Counted from the stretch's first letter, positions 39,661 through 54,462 are shown. The stretch is 64,000 nt of DNA from Octopus vulgaris (GCA_951406725.2 OX597838.1:930001-994000); one strand, 5' to 3'. Translations and numbers: made by a program. Notes: generated by a model not told the origin, from the letters alone.

Positions 39661-40845
39661 TATATTACCTGCACATCTCTCTATGTGTTCACCCAAAGAA
39701 TTTGTTTGTACAGTGGGAAACGTGTCAATTCCTTTTGTAGCATGGTTCTCCGGCTAAGTGCCATACTTGTCTGTCCTATATAGTTATGTCCACAACCTGA
39801 AGAAGTTATAGCATAAATTAGATTCTTAGAAACACAGGTGAAGTTGGTCTTTATTGTGAACCTCTCCTCTTGTTTGAATAGGAATTCCTAGCCTTCCAAC
39901 AGGTTGGGGAATGCTCCAACGGGTTGGAACATTTTCCACAGTTAAAAAATGTGGACGCCCAAGAAATAAAAAGAAGGGCAACACTGTCGAATCAGTACTC
40001 CACCAGGGCCGAGTCTGGAGGTAAAAGTTGGACGCCAGTTTAAAATGAAGAAGCATTAGCGCCAATGGCGGTGCCCCGGTATGGCCACAGCCTCCGGCAG
40101 ACACCCATAGTGGAATAATAGAATATGTATACAAACCTCTGTGTGTGTGTGTATTAAACCATTTGTGTTATTTCTTTACCAAATTACGGAATCCTGTCTT
40201 TGGTCTCTCCACAATGTTCAGCTATATCTATGACGTCATGAGCACTCTTGGAGAAGCGAGAGAATAACAGAGGCATCATAGCCTTAACAATGGTCGATCT
40301 TTATAAAGATGGCAGTGGTGAGTGGTGGTGGCGGTGGTGGCGGTGGTGGTTCTGATGATGATGATGATGGCGATGGCGATGGTCTGAGGCTATTATTATG
40401 CTTGTGATTTCTTTCATACACACACAACATTACATACACGTAGGCCCATACAAACCAAGCACATGCACAAATATATATATATACACACGCACACACAAAT
40501 ATACATTCATACATAAATACATATAATATATATACACGTACACACTTATGGATGCATAAACGTATACAAAAAGCGCGCGCGCATCCTGGGGTAGTTGGCC
40601 AAGACAAAATACAGACATTGTTTAGAAGTTATATAATTGTTGTTCTGCAGAACTCAGCTGTTTTATTAAAATACACAAACAATATTGTACAGTGGCAATA
40701 TTGTGAGGCTATATACATACATACATGCATATGTATATATGTATATATATATATATATATGATGTGTCTGTGTGTGTATATATATATTTATATATAGTAC
40801 TGTCTGGTAATACAGTAACAATATTGTCCATGTGTAAATATATAC

Positions 40846-40895
<50 letters not shown>

Positions 40896-41013
40896 TTGTA
40901 TGTATGTATGTATAAATATATACACGCGCACTCACATAATGTTGCTATTCTACTTACACTTTATATACAGACACATGCACACACACACACACACCACCAC
41001 CACCACCACGACG

Positions 41014-41077
<64 letters not shown>

Positions 41078-41424
41078 CAATGTTGTTACTGCATATTAAT
41101 AAAGAAGTGAAAGTAACCGAATTCTTCAAAGTGAACATAGAGTGTATGTACTCCAGTGCAAAAGAGGCCACGTGCTTCCGGCCACCATGTCTAAGGATCC
41201 GCCAAGAAACCGATGGTAACATCCCGACCCCTTATAAACCGTAACCCATAATGTATCGTTTGGCGATATAAAAATAAGCGAAGAGAAAATATCGGACATA
41301 CATCTGTAATACATATGTATACTTGTATGTGTGTATATATTGACAGAGAGATCGATAGAAAGACAATTAGGCAGGCAGACAGACAGGGAGAGACACAGGT
41401 AGACAGACTGACAAACAGACAGGT

Positions 41425-41482
<58 letters not shown>

Positions 41483-41946
41483 TGACGGAGGGACGGGTAG
41501 GTAGGTAGGTAGGTAGGTAGATAGATGTAACTAAACACATATTCGTATATACACAATTCGCACTTGTTTAAGAATACGGTGTACATATTGTGTACATATT
41601 CCTAACTCAGAGAAGGCGTCAAGGTAGACAATGCCAGGCAGAGGTATCATCATCATCTCTGTGCAATCAACAGAAGAAACTGTTACAGTTTCAGAGCAAT
41701 TCTGTCATCGGAGCATTTGGTGACTGACTCCTTCGCTGTTCTCTGATCCCAACATATTTAATACCTGTGACCCTTAATTCAATGAATTCCTGCAGCAATA
41801 AGGGGCACTGTCCTATACTAGGGAAGTGCAGAGAGTGGCATCGTTCTGATGGTGAACCAAAGCATCTGTTTCTATGTAATCCATCGAAGTTGCAGGGGGG
41901 TGGGGGTGTTACGGATCAAATAATGGCTGGCGATGAGCACCCGGCC

Positions 41947-41977
<31 letters not shown>

Positions 41978-42187
41978 CACAGAAGTAACCTACATACACA
42001 CACACACGTATATGCATAGCTTACACTCATATACATACACACACTCACATATAAATGCAGCCAATACTCGTTCACAAACAATAACACAAACAGACTACAC
42101 ACAAACACACACACACACTTATGCACATACAGACATACGCATGCAAGCATACGCGTGCGCACACACATACATATACACACACACACG

Positions 42188-42231
<44 letters not shown>

Positions 42232-43129
42232 CATACATACACACACATATATATATGTATAGCAATAATTGAATCCGGTTTGCTGGCCGCTAATCCCATT
42301 TAATCCAAGGTTGATCTCTCTTAATCTGTCAACTTTCACGTTTTATTGACTGATAAAGGCCCAGCTGTAGCACATATATTCAAGTGTTGGTATGTTTCAG
42401 GTCAAGTATTTATTTATGTGTGGATTTGTTTGTGTATGTCTGTATGTACACACACGCATATATACATGATATTCTTCTGTGTCGGGGTCACTTTCATTAA
42501 TCGTTTTGTTGCCAAACGAAATAACTTAATTATAAACAGGTCACTGACCCCTTATTCAGTCATATATTAAATTAAAAAGAGGGAACAAACTTCATTTAAT
42601 CACTATGTAGTGGTCCTAATTATTTCCATTGTTTTTAACATTAGAAATAAATATAATTGGGTTAATTAAACATGGTAATTAAGCTGATGATAAATTAGGT
42701 GTTAATTAACAATATTAACAATATTATTTAGTCGAGCAGTGATATTTAATAATAAGCAGAACACTCTGCATTGTCTCCCTTGTTTGCTGAGCACCCCCCC
42801 CCCCCCATCAATGTTAAATAACCCCCGGTGTTTGCCATAACCTCCACCAGCAATCTCTTGTTGTTGTTGTTGTTGCTGCTGGTGCTGTTGTTGTTAAGCA
42901 ACAAGACTGGTAAGGGTGATTAGGTGATGGTCTAGGGCTTAGGGGCGGGAGACCCCAGACCTTGGAAAAAAAAAAGCTTTGGTCGTCTTGTTGTAGTCGA
43001 GGGCTCTTCGTTTACGCCCGACACCACTGGGAGGAGGTGGCCCCCGAAGTCGCTGGAAATGGAAATCTCCAGGTCCAAATTCTTGAACGGCTGCTGCTGT
43101 TGTTATTATTATTGTTGTAGTTGTCAGTA

Positions 43130-43300
43130 TACCGGGGAAAATGCTTAGCGACATTTCGTCCGTCCTTAACTTCAGAGTTCAAATTCCGCTGAGGTGGACT
43201 TTGCCTTTCATCATTTCTGGGTCGATAAAATAAGTACCAGTTGACTACTTAACCCCGCCCCCAAAGTTTCTGGCCTTGTGCCAAAATTTGAAACCATAGA
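43130..43300 (+). mobile_element. SINE family B (tRNA head plus Nin/Deu-like conserved domain)
   Basis: GAGTTCAAATTCCGCTGAGGTGGACTTTGCCTTTCATC..GGGTCGATAAAATAAGTACCAG; near-identical blocks occur at 44.2, 44.7 and 50.4 kb. Confidence 0.8.
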
Positions 43301-43363
43301 AGTGAGCATATTATTTGCTGTAGCCCATCTTTTATACCAAGACAAAACAATGTACATGATAAC

Positions 43364-44048
43364 CAGTGGCGGATCGTGTATAGGCCCTGCGGTACTGCCG
43401 CTCCCCCTATTTCCACTCAATATTATCGATAACATTCAATATAATGCGTCCTTTTTCGTTAATTCTTTCTTTATACTTGTACATTATTATATAAGCTTAA
43501 TGTCAATAGCCATCCCCTTGTTTATGAAAACAATACAAAAATCCTTGTATAGAACTGTGCACTTCACAGTTCCAGTGACGCGGTCTTTGGCTGTTGTGCG
43601 CATGCTCACATGTCCGAGATAGGAAGCTGCACGCTAGGGAGAGAGAGCACCGTCATTCATGCAGTGCGATCCTGATGAAAAGTAATGTTTCTTTTTGACT
43701 CGACATGTGTTGTGCTTAAAAACGTATTTTTGTTCTTGAATGTGATAAAGTGTAGAATTAGATTATAATCCTGCTTCCAGCTTCAGTGTTACTGCCAGGA
43801 TTTGAAAAATGGGGCAGATTTTCCTCCTTATTTTGTAATTTAGAGGAGATTTTTGAAAAACAAGGGGGAATTTGCGGCGGTGTTCAGTGAACAAGTTAAA
43901 CACACTACCCGGCAGAGGCTAAAGCTAGAACCGATCAAGTTTCTGTATAAATTTTCTTTTGTTTGTTTCCTTTTGCACAATATTTAAACAACGGCTAAAG
44001 ATTTTCTGAAGCATCACCGCCACTAATTTTAACTACGAGCCGCCACTG
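43364..44048. mobile_element. Non-autonomous hAT-type element (MITE), 685 bp
   Basis: TIRs CAGTGGCGGATCGT / ACGAGCCGCCACTG and an exact 8-bp TSD ATGATAAC at 43356-43363 and 44049-44056. Confidence 0.92.
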
Positions 44049-44122
44049 ATGATAACACTTCCGATCAGCTAACATGAGAAGCCAATAAAGCCACTGCCTG
44101 GTACTGCATCAGGGCATTTATA

Positions 44123-44182
<60 letters not shown>

Positions 44183-44184
44183 GT

Positions 44185-44385
44185 GACAGAATCGTTAGCG
44201 TTCTGGACGAAGTGCTTTGCAGTATTTCGCCCGTCGCTACGTTCTGAGTTCAAATTCCGCCGAGATCGATTTTGCCTTTCATCCTTTCGGGGTCGATAAA
44301 ATAACTACCAGTTGGACACTGGGGTCGATGTAATCAACTCATCCCCTCCCCACAAATTGCCGTCCTTGTGGCAAAATTTGAAACT
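44185..44385 (+). mobile_element. SINE family B
   Basis: GAGTTCAAATTCCGCCGAGATCGATTTTGCCTTTCATCCTTTCGGGGTCGATAAAATAACTACCAG, with an (ATT)n tail. Confidence 0.85.
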
Positions 44386-44654
44386 ATTATTATTATTGCT
44401 GTTGTTGTGGTTGTTGTTATATTAAAGTAGTGATATAGTTAGTGACACTGTCCAATGAGGATGTTTTAATTCATCCAGTAGGTCATTGACACGTGACCAT
44501 TGCCTGTGATGTCATAAATAGGGGACATGCAACAAGTCATGCGGCAATAGGGATTCTTTGGGATCTGAAGATCCTCTAACAATAATCAGGGCGTGAATTC
44601 CATGTAAAATGCTTTTCTTAAATAGTACTTAGAACTACACATCGAATAATCATT

Positions 44655-44882
44655 TCTGTATTGCCCACAGGGGGCTAAACACAGAGGGGACAAACAAGGA
44701 CAGACAAACGGATTAAGTCGATTACATCGACTCCAGTGCGTAACTGGTACTTATTTAATCGACCCTGAAAGGATGAAAGGCAAGGTCGACCTCGGCGGAA
44801 TTTGAACTCAGAATGTAACGGCAGACGAAATACCGCAAAGCATTTCGCCCGGCGTGCTAACGGTTCTGCCAGCTCGCTGCCT
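44655..44882 (-). mobile_element. SINE family B
   Basis: Reverse-complement copy of the same head and central domain, with a different 3' tail. Confidence 0.85.
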
Positions 44883-47678
44883 ACACATTGAGTAATGTAC
44901 TCTTAGATATACGATTCGTGAAAACAAAACGGTATGGTCACGGTTGGAAAGACTTTAATTATAAACGTGGGGGATCAGGGCTGAGCTGAGGCAAAGCAAC
45001 AGCCACAGCCTTTACCTAATCCTCACTGCCCCTAATTCCCCACTTATCCGAGGTGACCCTTAAGTTGTTCATTGAGATTTTGGTCGACGGAAGTTTCACC
45101 TACATTTGAATTAGATCAGTATTAACAGAGATGGGCGCTGCCCCGCCTTCTCTTAATAGATTACAACAAGAGTACTCAGATACTGCTAAAACTACTACTA
45201 CTACTACAACTACTATTGCAACCACTAACAATAGCACTACTACCACCATACACTCCTGCTGCTGCTACTACTACTACTGCTACTAAGCTACTTAACATTC
45301 TGAGTTATTTAAGTAACAAACCTCACCACTACCTCCCCCTCACTACCACCACCACCACCACCACCACACATACTACCATCATCGTAACAATTACCTCCTC
45401 CCGCTCCCATATCCTGGTGGTAACACGTCTCTTTACAGCCTCTCTATCACCCCGATGGTAAGATGTCTCTTTACAGCCTCTCTATTCTCATTACTCTCTA
45501 CCTTGGCTTGTAACGATGACGATGAAGATGATGATGATGATTATTATTATGATGATGATGATGATGGTGCTACTCATCTACGTGAATCACCGCCAGAGAT
45601 ACTCAGCTGAAGCGTCTTGATACTCCACAGTACTCCCCGCTCCCCTCAATGTATACTCATGCCGTTCACTGCTCCTCAGTAACAGATCAAGACTGGTTTA
45701 TAACTCTTTGACTGTCACCGATACTCTTGACGGTTCCCAACAGATATGCTGCAGATATACTCTCAAACGAGTACTGGCTGACTGGTACCATAGATGATGC
45801 ATACTCGTTGACTGACCACAATACTCCGAGTGTCCATACATTAGATACTCACCAGGGATACCTTGAAGATGGTACAAGCCGAAGATGCCCATTCACAACA
45901 GACAATCCACATCTATGGAGTGCATCAAACAGGCATAGCACACATCTAACTCGCAGGAGTACTCAAAGACAGAATTCATTCATCCTCAGTAATATACAAT
46001 AGGAGAACAGACTGTAAGTAACTTGTACTCGTTGAAATTTATATTCTTCAGTGTTTGTAGAGAGAAAATACTCTTAAGGAGTTACCAGAGAGGGACCATA
46101 CCTGTTGGTACTCTCAGTCGCTCCTCAAGATGTATTGGTGACTGTAGTAAAATATACATCGTTTATACTCATCGATATTTACTGATGTTTTAGGGAGTAA
46201 ATGTTGTTCACGATACTCTTTGGGATAAACACAGTGGAGTAACTAATATTAACTCCTTACTTTAAAGGAGTTTCAAAGATACTCGGTGATACTGTAATTG
46301 ACAGCTAATATCCATAAACTCACTGATAATGGCTACGAAATATTCCAATAATCCCAACCGGATATCATTCTCTAACCATTAAATATGGCCACCAAAATTT
46401 ACTTCCGGCTGCTTAACATTATTTTGTGTGGAGGAGGAAGTGCTCGATGCCAAGCTAAATACTTTGTGATATTTAATTTTATTCCACTACATTCCGAGTT
46501 CAAATCCCTTATGAGCAACCTTTACTTTACTTCCTCCTCAACACTCGATAATATTAAGTACCAGTAATAAACTGAGGTCATTCGGTGGATCACTCTTCCT
46601 CTTACTTTTCGCCTTTCCTCTCTTATAATTTATAAGTGTGTAACAATGTAAAACTGCTCTATCGAGTTTGTAGGTGGGCAGTCAGTCAATAAATTGTTGT
46701 TGTGACACCAGCACAACCCTGATCGCGTTGTCTTATGATGAAAGAGAGTCCAACCGTGGCTATCCTATATTTTCTTGTTGTTTATCTCGGACCATTTTTT
46801 TTAGTTTTCTCTTAAGTTGGGCGGTTTGTTTTTTGAGCGAGATTTGACTGCTTTTTCTAGTAACCGTGTAGAGACGTTGGTTGGCCCATGATTCTCACGA
46901 GATTTTAGACTTACGTGAGTCACGTGACAAACTCAGACTGTATGCGTAACTGGGTGAACGCCTCGTCATTTTCAAGACACGGAGACAATTTCACATTTTC
47001 CCGATTGAACGGAACACCGCGCGTTAACCGGAATTTATGAGGGAAGGCAAGCAGAGCCTCCCCATTAGATTCGGACTGACCCCGGCGTAGAAGAAAGAAA
47101 ACTGGGTCCTTCACCCACTCCCATCCCTCTCTATTCCATTCATGTTATGGTTCTCCAGCCCCACGTCAACCCTAATTTAGCAGAGCTATGATTAAAGACT
47201 TTCTGTTCATGACCATCCCATTCTAAATTCAGGAATAGTATATCCATGACTACATTATCCTATGTATCCTTCTCTTTCTTAAGGCTGTGCAGTGTGACTT
47301 ATGGAGGCCTGGCTGCTATTTCTAGGAAGGTTACAGACTAGCTCGGTCACTAGTCATGTTTATCACGACATCGACCAACAACCACAACGACCTCTTCTGT
47401 CTTGGAAGGAGTGAAAAGGTCACGGAACCCTCCTCCTCTACTTAATTAAAAGCACACACGTAATTAGTAATTAGTCTAACGTGATGAGAATTCTACCGAA
47501 CCATTTGCATTATTTACTTCTCAACAACATTTAATCCGTTGACAACGTAAATAAATTATTTCAATCCACCCACTGAGAATCGAACCTCGCACTAACAGTT
47601 TTAGTTTGGTGAAGAATTTACTGCAGTTTTCGTGTCGATATTTACTATCAAAATGCTGTTTACGCACGTGCAGTCACC

Positions 47679-47736
<58 letters not shown>

Positions 47737-48551
47737 CGTGTATGCGCGTGCGTATTTGTGTGTGCGCGTGTGTATGTATGTTTGTGTGTTTGTGTGTGTC
47801 CTGAATATGACTTTAAACCACATCTGGAGGTGAGGCCCTCGCGGGAGAGTGTTCCAGGTTTGTGAGGAGTGTGGAACCGCTTCTGAGCCATTATTGTTCC
47901 CAGGTTTAATCTGACTCAGAGTAGTAACACCTACCAGGACCCCAGCCATGGGTTAATTAGCATATCAAGGAATTTCCTCAGGAAGAGGGTCGCCCAGAGA
48001 CACCCCAACGGACACAGGGTAGATAAGGCCCTCCAGCTCTTCAGCTGCTCACCAAAGAGAAGATAACTCCATACAAATCCTGCATCCTGATAACTGCTGG
48101 GATTGTAACATTTGTTGCATCAGACGAGAGAGAGTGGGACTGGCCCTGCACAAACCATGACCCCCGATAGAAATAATGAAAAATCTCCGCTGGCTTGTGG
48201 GGAAATTTACTGAGTATTTGGAAAAGGCTAAGAGAGAAGAGAGAGTAAACCTCTACAGAAAATCCCGAGAAATTCAGGAAACGAGTTAAAAACTACCCAC
48301 AAATATGCAAATTCATTTATATATGCACACACACGCACATTGTGTGTGTGTGTGTGTGTGCATACATGATCGTAGATACATATGTGGATAAGAACACAGG
48401 CACCTGTAAGCATGCACACATATACGAAAATGTGTATGGACATACATACATACATGCACATACATGCACATACACGTATACTGTATACGAATATAGACAA
48501 GTAAAAATATAAACATACATACACATATACACATATACATTTGTGTCTATG

Positions 48552-48597
<46 letters not shown>

Positions 48598-49300
48598 TCC
48601 TTATTATTCTATTTCCCATCCGGAATAATTAAATCTATTTATGTACATCTGAATATATACACTCCTTATGTACCTAAATATATATACCCCTTATATACAC
48701 CCCAACTCATCCCTACACCTTTATACAACTGTAGTCATGGTAACCCTTACTCTGGTTACTCTGGTTGGGGTCTCTTATGTAATATCTGTCCGACAATACC
48801 TAAAATAAACTCCTTAAATCTCACCTAAGCGACCCCTTCCCCTTTGTCCATCTGTAATTATGCTAACCCTTGCTTCATGTAGAAGGGGTCATCTATTTAT
48901 GTAACAGTTGTGTAAAATAGCTGTTAAAATAAATCACTGGTCAGTCACCTAACTGACCCCAAGACCCCTTTGGGTCTGTAATTATACCCTTTCCTTCTTC
49001 CCACCACCCGCCAAGGTAGGGCTATGGCTATTTAGGCCCTGTTCACAGACATTATTGCTGTAATGGAGGGTCGGGTATTAATTAGATGTTTCTATATCGA
49101 GACGCTTGTTAGACACTTCCTGTTTCAGGTAGTTACGACTGTACACACACGCATACACACACACACACGTATATATATATATATATATATATATATAATG
49201 TATATATGGTCAGTAGGATATATATGTATATGTACACACACACAGACGTATATATAGTCGGTAGGATATATAGGCACATACAGGCGTGTATATAATCTGT

Positions 49301-49363
<63 letters not shown>

Positions 49364-49369
49364 AGCAAA

Positions 49370-49600
49370 ATACTTTATTTCACGTGGCTTTGTTCCACTC
49401 AGCAGGCAAAAAGGAATTGTATTTGTATTTCAAAGAGCCAGCCTTGTCACATTCTGTTTCACGCCGAATCTCCCTAAGAACTACGTGAAGGGTGTCTGTG
49501 TCTGTGGAGTCCTCAACCACTTGCACATTAACATAACTCATAGACGGTTCTATTGATCGGATCAACTGGAACACTCGTCGTCGTAACCGACGGAGGATCA
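49370..49600 (+). mobile_element. Probable SINE body of a third family
   Basis: Short non-coding unit next to (TA)n that resembles interspersed SINE-type repeats. Only one copy is in the window, so support is weak. Confidence 0.35.
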
Positions 49601-49979
49601 GTTAATATTTACAAATGTAATATTTGCATATTTGGCAGTATACACACATGTGACCATTTTGCAAAGAACGGAATTCTTAGCGAGATTTTTCATCTTCCTC
49701 TTCATAATGTTCCTTTTTTCTCGACCATTTTCTTTGATTCGTCCCAGATCCTACCATTTAACACCTGCCGGTTTACAGTTCTTGTTGTCCCCTTTACACC
49801 GGCAGTTTTCTATTTTCCAGATCACTGAATCATAATCTTCATGAATTTTGTCAAACTGATTCTAGGTTTTCTTCCTGAATCCATCCTGCATCTGTGTCAC
49901 ATCGAAGACTTTTGTTCTTCTTCGAGACGTGTGGAAGATGTTTGCATCCATTAAAGAACAGCTGGACAAGGCCCTTTGT

Positions 49980-50270
49980 GACAAACTCTTTAAAAGCACC
50001 ACCTTACCTTCATAGGCTGCCATGAAGAAGGAAAACTGACGATGGTATAGAAGGCCATGCTTGCAATGTTCTTGAAGGACTATATCTGAAATGAGATCCT
50101 TTTAGAGACGGATTGACATGAACGATGCAATCATGGTCTGGTGGAAGCATAATTTGTACTCGTCCAGACATACACAAGGTTCACAGAAAGCAAGAGAACT
50201 TATGTTGTAGTTGAGTGGCATCCGGCGAATGGTGAGAGACCGCTTAGATCACCTCCAAGACGATTGGAAA
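49980..50270 (+). mobile_element. RTE-type LINE 3' remnant
   Basis: EWHPANGERPLRSPPRR resembles the RTE C-terminal WxP....R..GRP..RW motif. Confidence 0.45.
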
Positions 50271-50279
50271 ACTAAATAT

Positions 50280-50482
50280 TCGTTTCTACTCTAGGCACAA
50301 GGCCGGAAATTTGGGGGAGGGGGCCAGTCGATTAAATTGACTCCAGTATGTAACTGGTACCTATTTTATCGACCCCAAAAGGATAAAAGGCAAAGTCGAC
50401 CTCGGCGGAATTTGAACTCAGAACGTAACGGCAGACGAAATACCGCTAAGCATTTCGCCCGGCGTGCTAACGTTTCTGCCAG
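50280..50482 (-). mobile_element. SINE family B
   Basis: GGCAAAGTCGACCTCGGCGGAATTTGAACTCAGAACGTAACGGCAGACGAAATACCG is almost identical to 44779-44836. Confidence 0.85.
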
Positions 50483-50852
50483 ATCGCGCGTATATGTATG
50501 TGGGCGCGCGCGCGTTTGGTAGTAGCTGTAAAAGCTACATGAGTGCTACACGAGAGTCTGAATTTTAAGCAAGGCAATTCCTTGCACGAAACGCTAAGCC
50601 TCTGCGTCACTTACGTAACTTCACAATTAACGAAGAAAGAATCATTTTTCCTCTACTTTATGCATTGCGTTCTATTCCGTTTTAACCATCAAATCTACAT
50701 ACATATGTGTTTATATACGTGTGTTGTGTGAGTGTCTATACGTGGATATGTGTGTATGATATAAATATACATACACGCATATGTACGTATATATGTATAT
50801 GTGTTACGCGGGGAGTCGTAAGGTTACCTATATCTTGTGTGTGTGTGTGTGT

Positions 50853-50907
<55 letters not shown>

Positions 50908-52169
50908 CGATATTTAAACTTCATTCCAAACTGTGTTGATGACACCCATTACTTCCCCTTCTTCCTGAAAAACTGTCAACTCAACCTTTATAAATCAGTT
51001 CAAGTCTCTAATATAATAATATCCTCCCTGAAATCTTGTTTAATCACTGACCTTTTCTCTAATCTACTTAAATCTGATATCTCTTCCATCTTTAACTCCT
51101 CTCTCGTCACTGGCCATATTTAACACGGCTTTATATTACAAACAACTGACCTTTTTTTCTTGGACTATTTAACACCGCCATCTTCAGATAATTTTATTCT
51201 ACTCCATTTAACTCTATTATGTCCACTGTCACCGACACACCTTTGTCCCCCACATATAACTGACCTCTTTACACCTTATTTATTCAATCATGTCTGACAC
51301 ATTTCATTAAGATTCCTCCCATATTTAACTTACTTTCTTTCCGCCATCTTAAATTGGTCGGTTGATGAACATTTCAATATATTTTCCACCATTTTGGTTC
51401 CTCTGAAACTCTATTAAACATGGATTTCGCCTCGCATTTAATGGGTCAAATATCAAGTTAACCTGACCTTTGTCCGCCTACTTAAGTAATTTCATGTGTT
51501 GCAGCCATTTTTAACTACCTTTTCGTGGACAAGCTATACTCACTTGACTTCATTTCCGTCCTGAGAGGGCTGAGTAAACCGTCTGGCTTCGGTTTCTATT
51601 TTATTCACGCCAAAATGTTTCATAAATGGCATTATCAGCAGATAAGCTCTTTTTGCAACTTGTCAGCATGACATCAACTACACATACAAGACATCTTGAT
51701 TTGTCGGTCGTATTGAAACGCAGCAGACGACAGATTCAGACAAAGCTTGATGTAGAACCCAGTTATTTATTGTCGGCAGATCTCTCCAGTTGGTAGCTTT
51801 GTTCTTGTTAAAATTTTTTGTGTTTATAAATTAACATCGTTAATGTCATTCTTTATCTCAGACCCACTCTTATTAAACAGATCCATTATTCTACTTATTC
51901 ACTTTCTTCATTTACTCCTTGATTTTTTTTCTCAGTCACAACGTTGCATTACTCAGTTGCTTTAAGATTTGGTATCTTGAGCTTCTTCAGGTCTCGTCTT
52001 CAATCACATAGGCCCAGGATAACATCCTATGAATTATCTCTTTCTTTTCGTCAGTCCTTCGATAGCTTATTAATGAAGTATCACCTTAATGCTATTACAC
52101 ATAGAGTTGATATATATGCGTGTAGTAAGGTGAGAGCAACAAACCTGCCGCCCACGTTGATCTAAAAGA

Positions 52170-52400
52170 CTGCTGCGGAGCCTGGCTCTTTCAATTTGTC
52201 CACATCGAATCTTATACGTGGAGTTCTTAACTTAAAGAGCTTCATCAGTTTCAGCATTGAGTTATGCCATGTCGTGATTCGTGTCTATATCAACCCCAGG
52301 GAGGGTCCTGGTCTGCAAGAATATTTGGGATGCGAGGACAAAGTTGATCTGGTTTGGTTATGAGTGTAACTATTAGGTGCAGGCCACGTTTTAGGACGAA
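52170..52400 (-). mobile_element. LINE APE endonuclease C-terminal remnant
   Basis: Minus strand NQINFVL...TRTLPGVDIDTNHDM resembles NQIDYIL...PGADxxSDH. Confidence 0.5.
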
Positions 52401-53431
52401 AACAAAGAGCTACCAAATAAGAAAAAACGACCAATCGCGACTGTTCTTGAGGGCAAAAAGGGTTTTATCTTGACAGGCGAGGCTGCTATTGTCGAAAGAT
52501 GGCTTGAGTGTTGCAAAGGATTTTGAAACGAAACTCAATCGAGACACCAACATTTTGGACAACGTATGCAACAACAACAACAACAACAACAAAGAATTTG
52601 AATTGAATTGGAAGAGGCTGTGCACAGACTCAATGAGAGAAAACCAGCAGGAGTGAACCACATGCCAGATGAGCTTTTGTATGATAGAGGGAGAGAAATC
52701 ATCGTGATAGAGTCAGAGAATATGGGGAGTAAAGGAGGCGCCAAATTGATGGGTCCGTGCAGCTACACGAGCGCCTGTAATGCACACGCGCACACACAAA
52801 CACACACACTAACACACACACACACACACACACACGTACACATATATATATATATATAAAAGACTATGGAAACTGAATTTTTCTTTCGTCACACGAGCTT
52901 CACGCCGCGCCCATCCTTAGGCGAGAACAGTTGCTAGCTGGAACCGTCCTCAGCTGAAGATCGTTAGTGGCGTAAAACATGAGTCCTGAAATGAAAATTC
53001 ATTGTCCACTCTATAACATGTATTGAGGACTCTTCTGTGATTTGGTCCACACAATTCAACGCTGTGTAGGTGTGTGCATGTTTGTATGCTTGTGCTTATT
53101 TTTATCTGTGCATTTTTATGTGTGTGTGCATGCGTGTGGGTGCGCGTACTGATTTGCATGCATACACACGTGACTATATTTGTATATCTGTATTTACCTA
53201 TTCATGTGTCCTGCTTAGTATGGACATACACACGTATATTCTACATTTAACACCAATTTCTCTGAATGTGTGTGTGGGGGGGGGTATTAACGCCAGTGTG
53301 CCAGCCTTTATTTCCTTTAGATTCTGCTATCTTTCATATATATATATATATACACATACATACATACATACATACACACAAATACATACACACACAAACA
53401 CATACGCACACACACACACGCACGCACATAC

Positions 53432-53493
<62 letters not shown>

Positions 53494-53760
53494 TATTGAT
53501 TATACATACACTAAATAAATTGTATTCTACGTCAGCGAGTCTGTATAACAATCCATTAACTAATTATCGTTTATTTATTATGCATTTTTCTAATTAATTG
53601 ATGAATTGCATTATTTATTTTTCACACCCTCCGACTATTCTCGGTGCAAAACTCCATTTCAAGGTTGCTTCGTAGCTTTCGCTTTATTAACCAAATAACT
53701 CGTTTTTTTTATATCTTTAAATACTGTAAATTATATATGTCTTTAGATATATTTATATAC

Positions 53761-53940
53761 TCTGAAATATATTTATACACCCTGGAAAATATCTATTTAC
53801 ACATGTATATATAACCTGAAATATATTTATATACACATGTATATATTCTGAAATATATTTATATACACATGTATATACCCTGAAATATATTTATATACAC
53901 ATGTATATACCCTGAAATATATTCATATACACATGTATAT
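53761..53940. repeat. 32-bp AT-rich minisatellite (4 good units plus 2 degenerate)
   Basis: CTGAAATATATTTATATACACATGTATATACC recurs at 53816, 53848, 53880 and 53912. Confidence 0.9.
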
Positions 53941-54039
53941 TGAATGCAAATCTTGCAAGTTTCTGATTTCGTTTGTAATTGTTCCTTCGTCGTGGATTTT
54001 CTTTCTCTTTCGTTTTAACTTTGGATCAATAGAAAATCC

Positions 54040-54185
54040 TTTGATTCGTTTCTGTCAATGAACTGCGGCCATACTGGGGCATAGCCTTGGCTAGTTTCTA
54101 GTGGAACAAATCGACCTAAATGTCTTCTGCTGAACAGCTAAGTTAGGGGAATGGGACATAAACAAACCAACACCGGTTGTCAACA
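54040..54185 (-). mobile_element. SINE family A 3' fragment
   Basis: CTGCGGCCATACTGGGGCA tail motif in reverse, plus CTAAGTT..GGGACATAAAC..CCGGTTGTCAA. Confidence 0.65.
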
Positions 54186-54410
54186 GGTATAGAGATACAT
54201 ATTAATGAGTTGGGAGCATGTGTCGAGTATTCCGATAGAAGAGGACGTGAGGCAAAAAAGACTCTACCAATATGAGGGTTTTACAGGCGTCGCAACAGAC
54301 CAGTTTGCAGAAATTTTGTTTCAGCTTGTAAGGAGGGGGACGAAGGGGGAAATGGTCAGTTACAAGTTGATTGTGAGTGGAGAGATGTCAAAATACAAAA
54401 AAAAAAAAAA

Positions 54411-54462
<52 letters not shown>

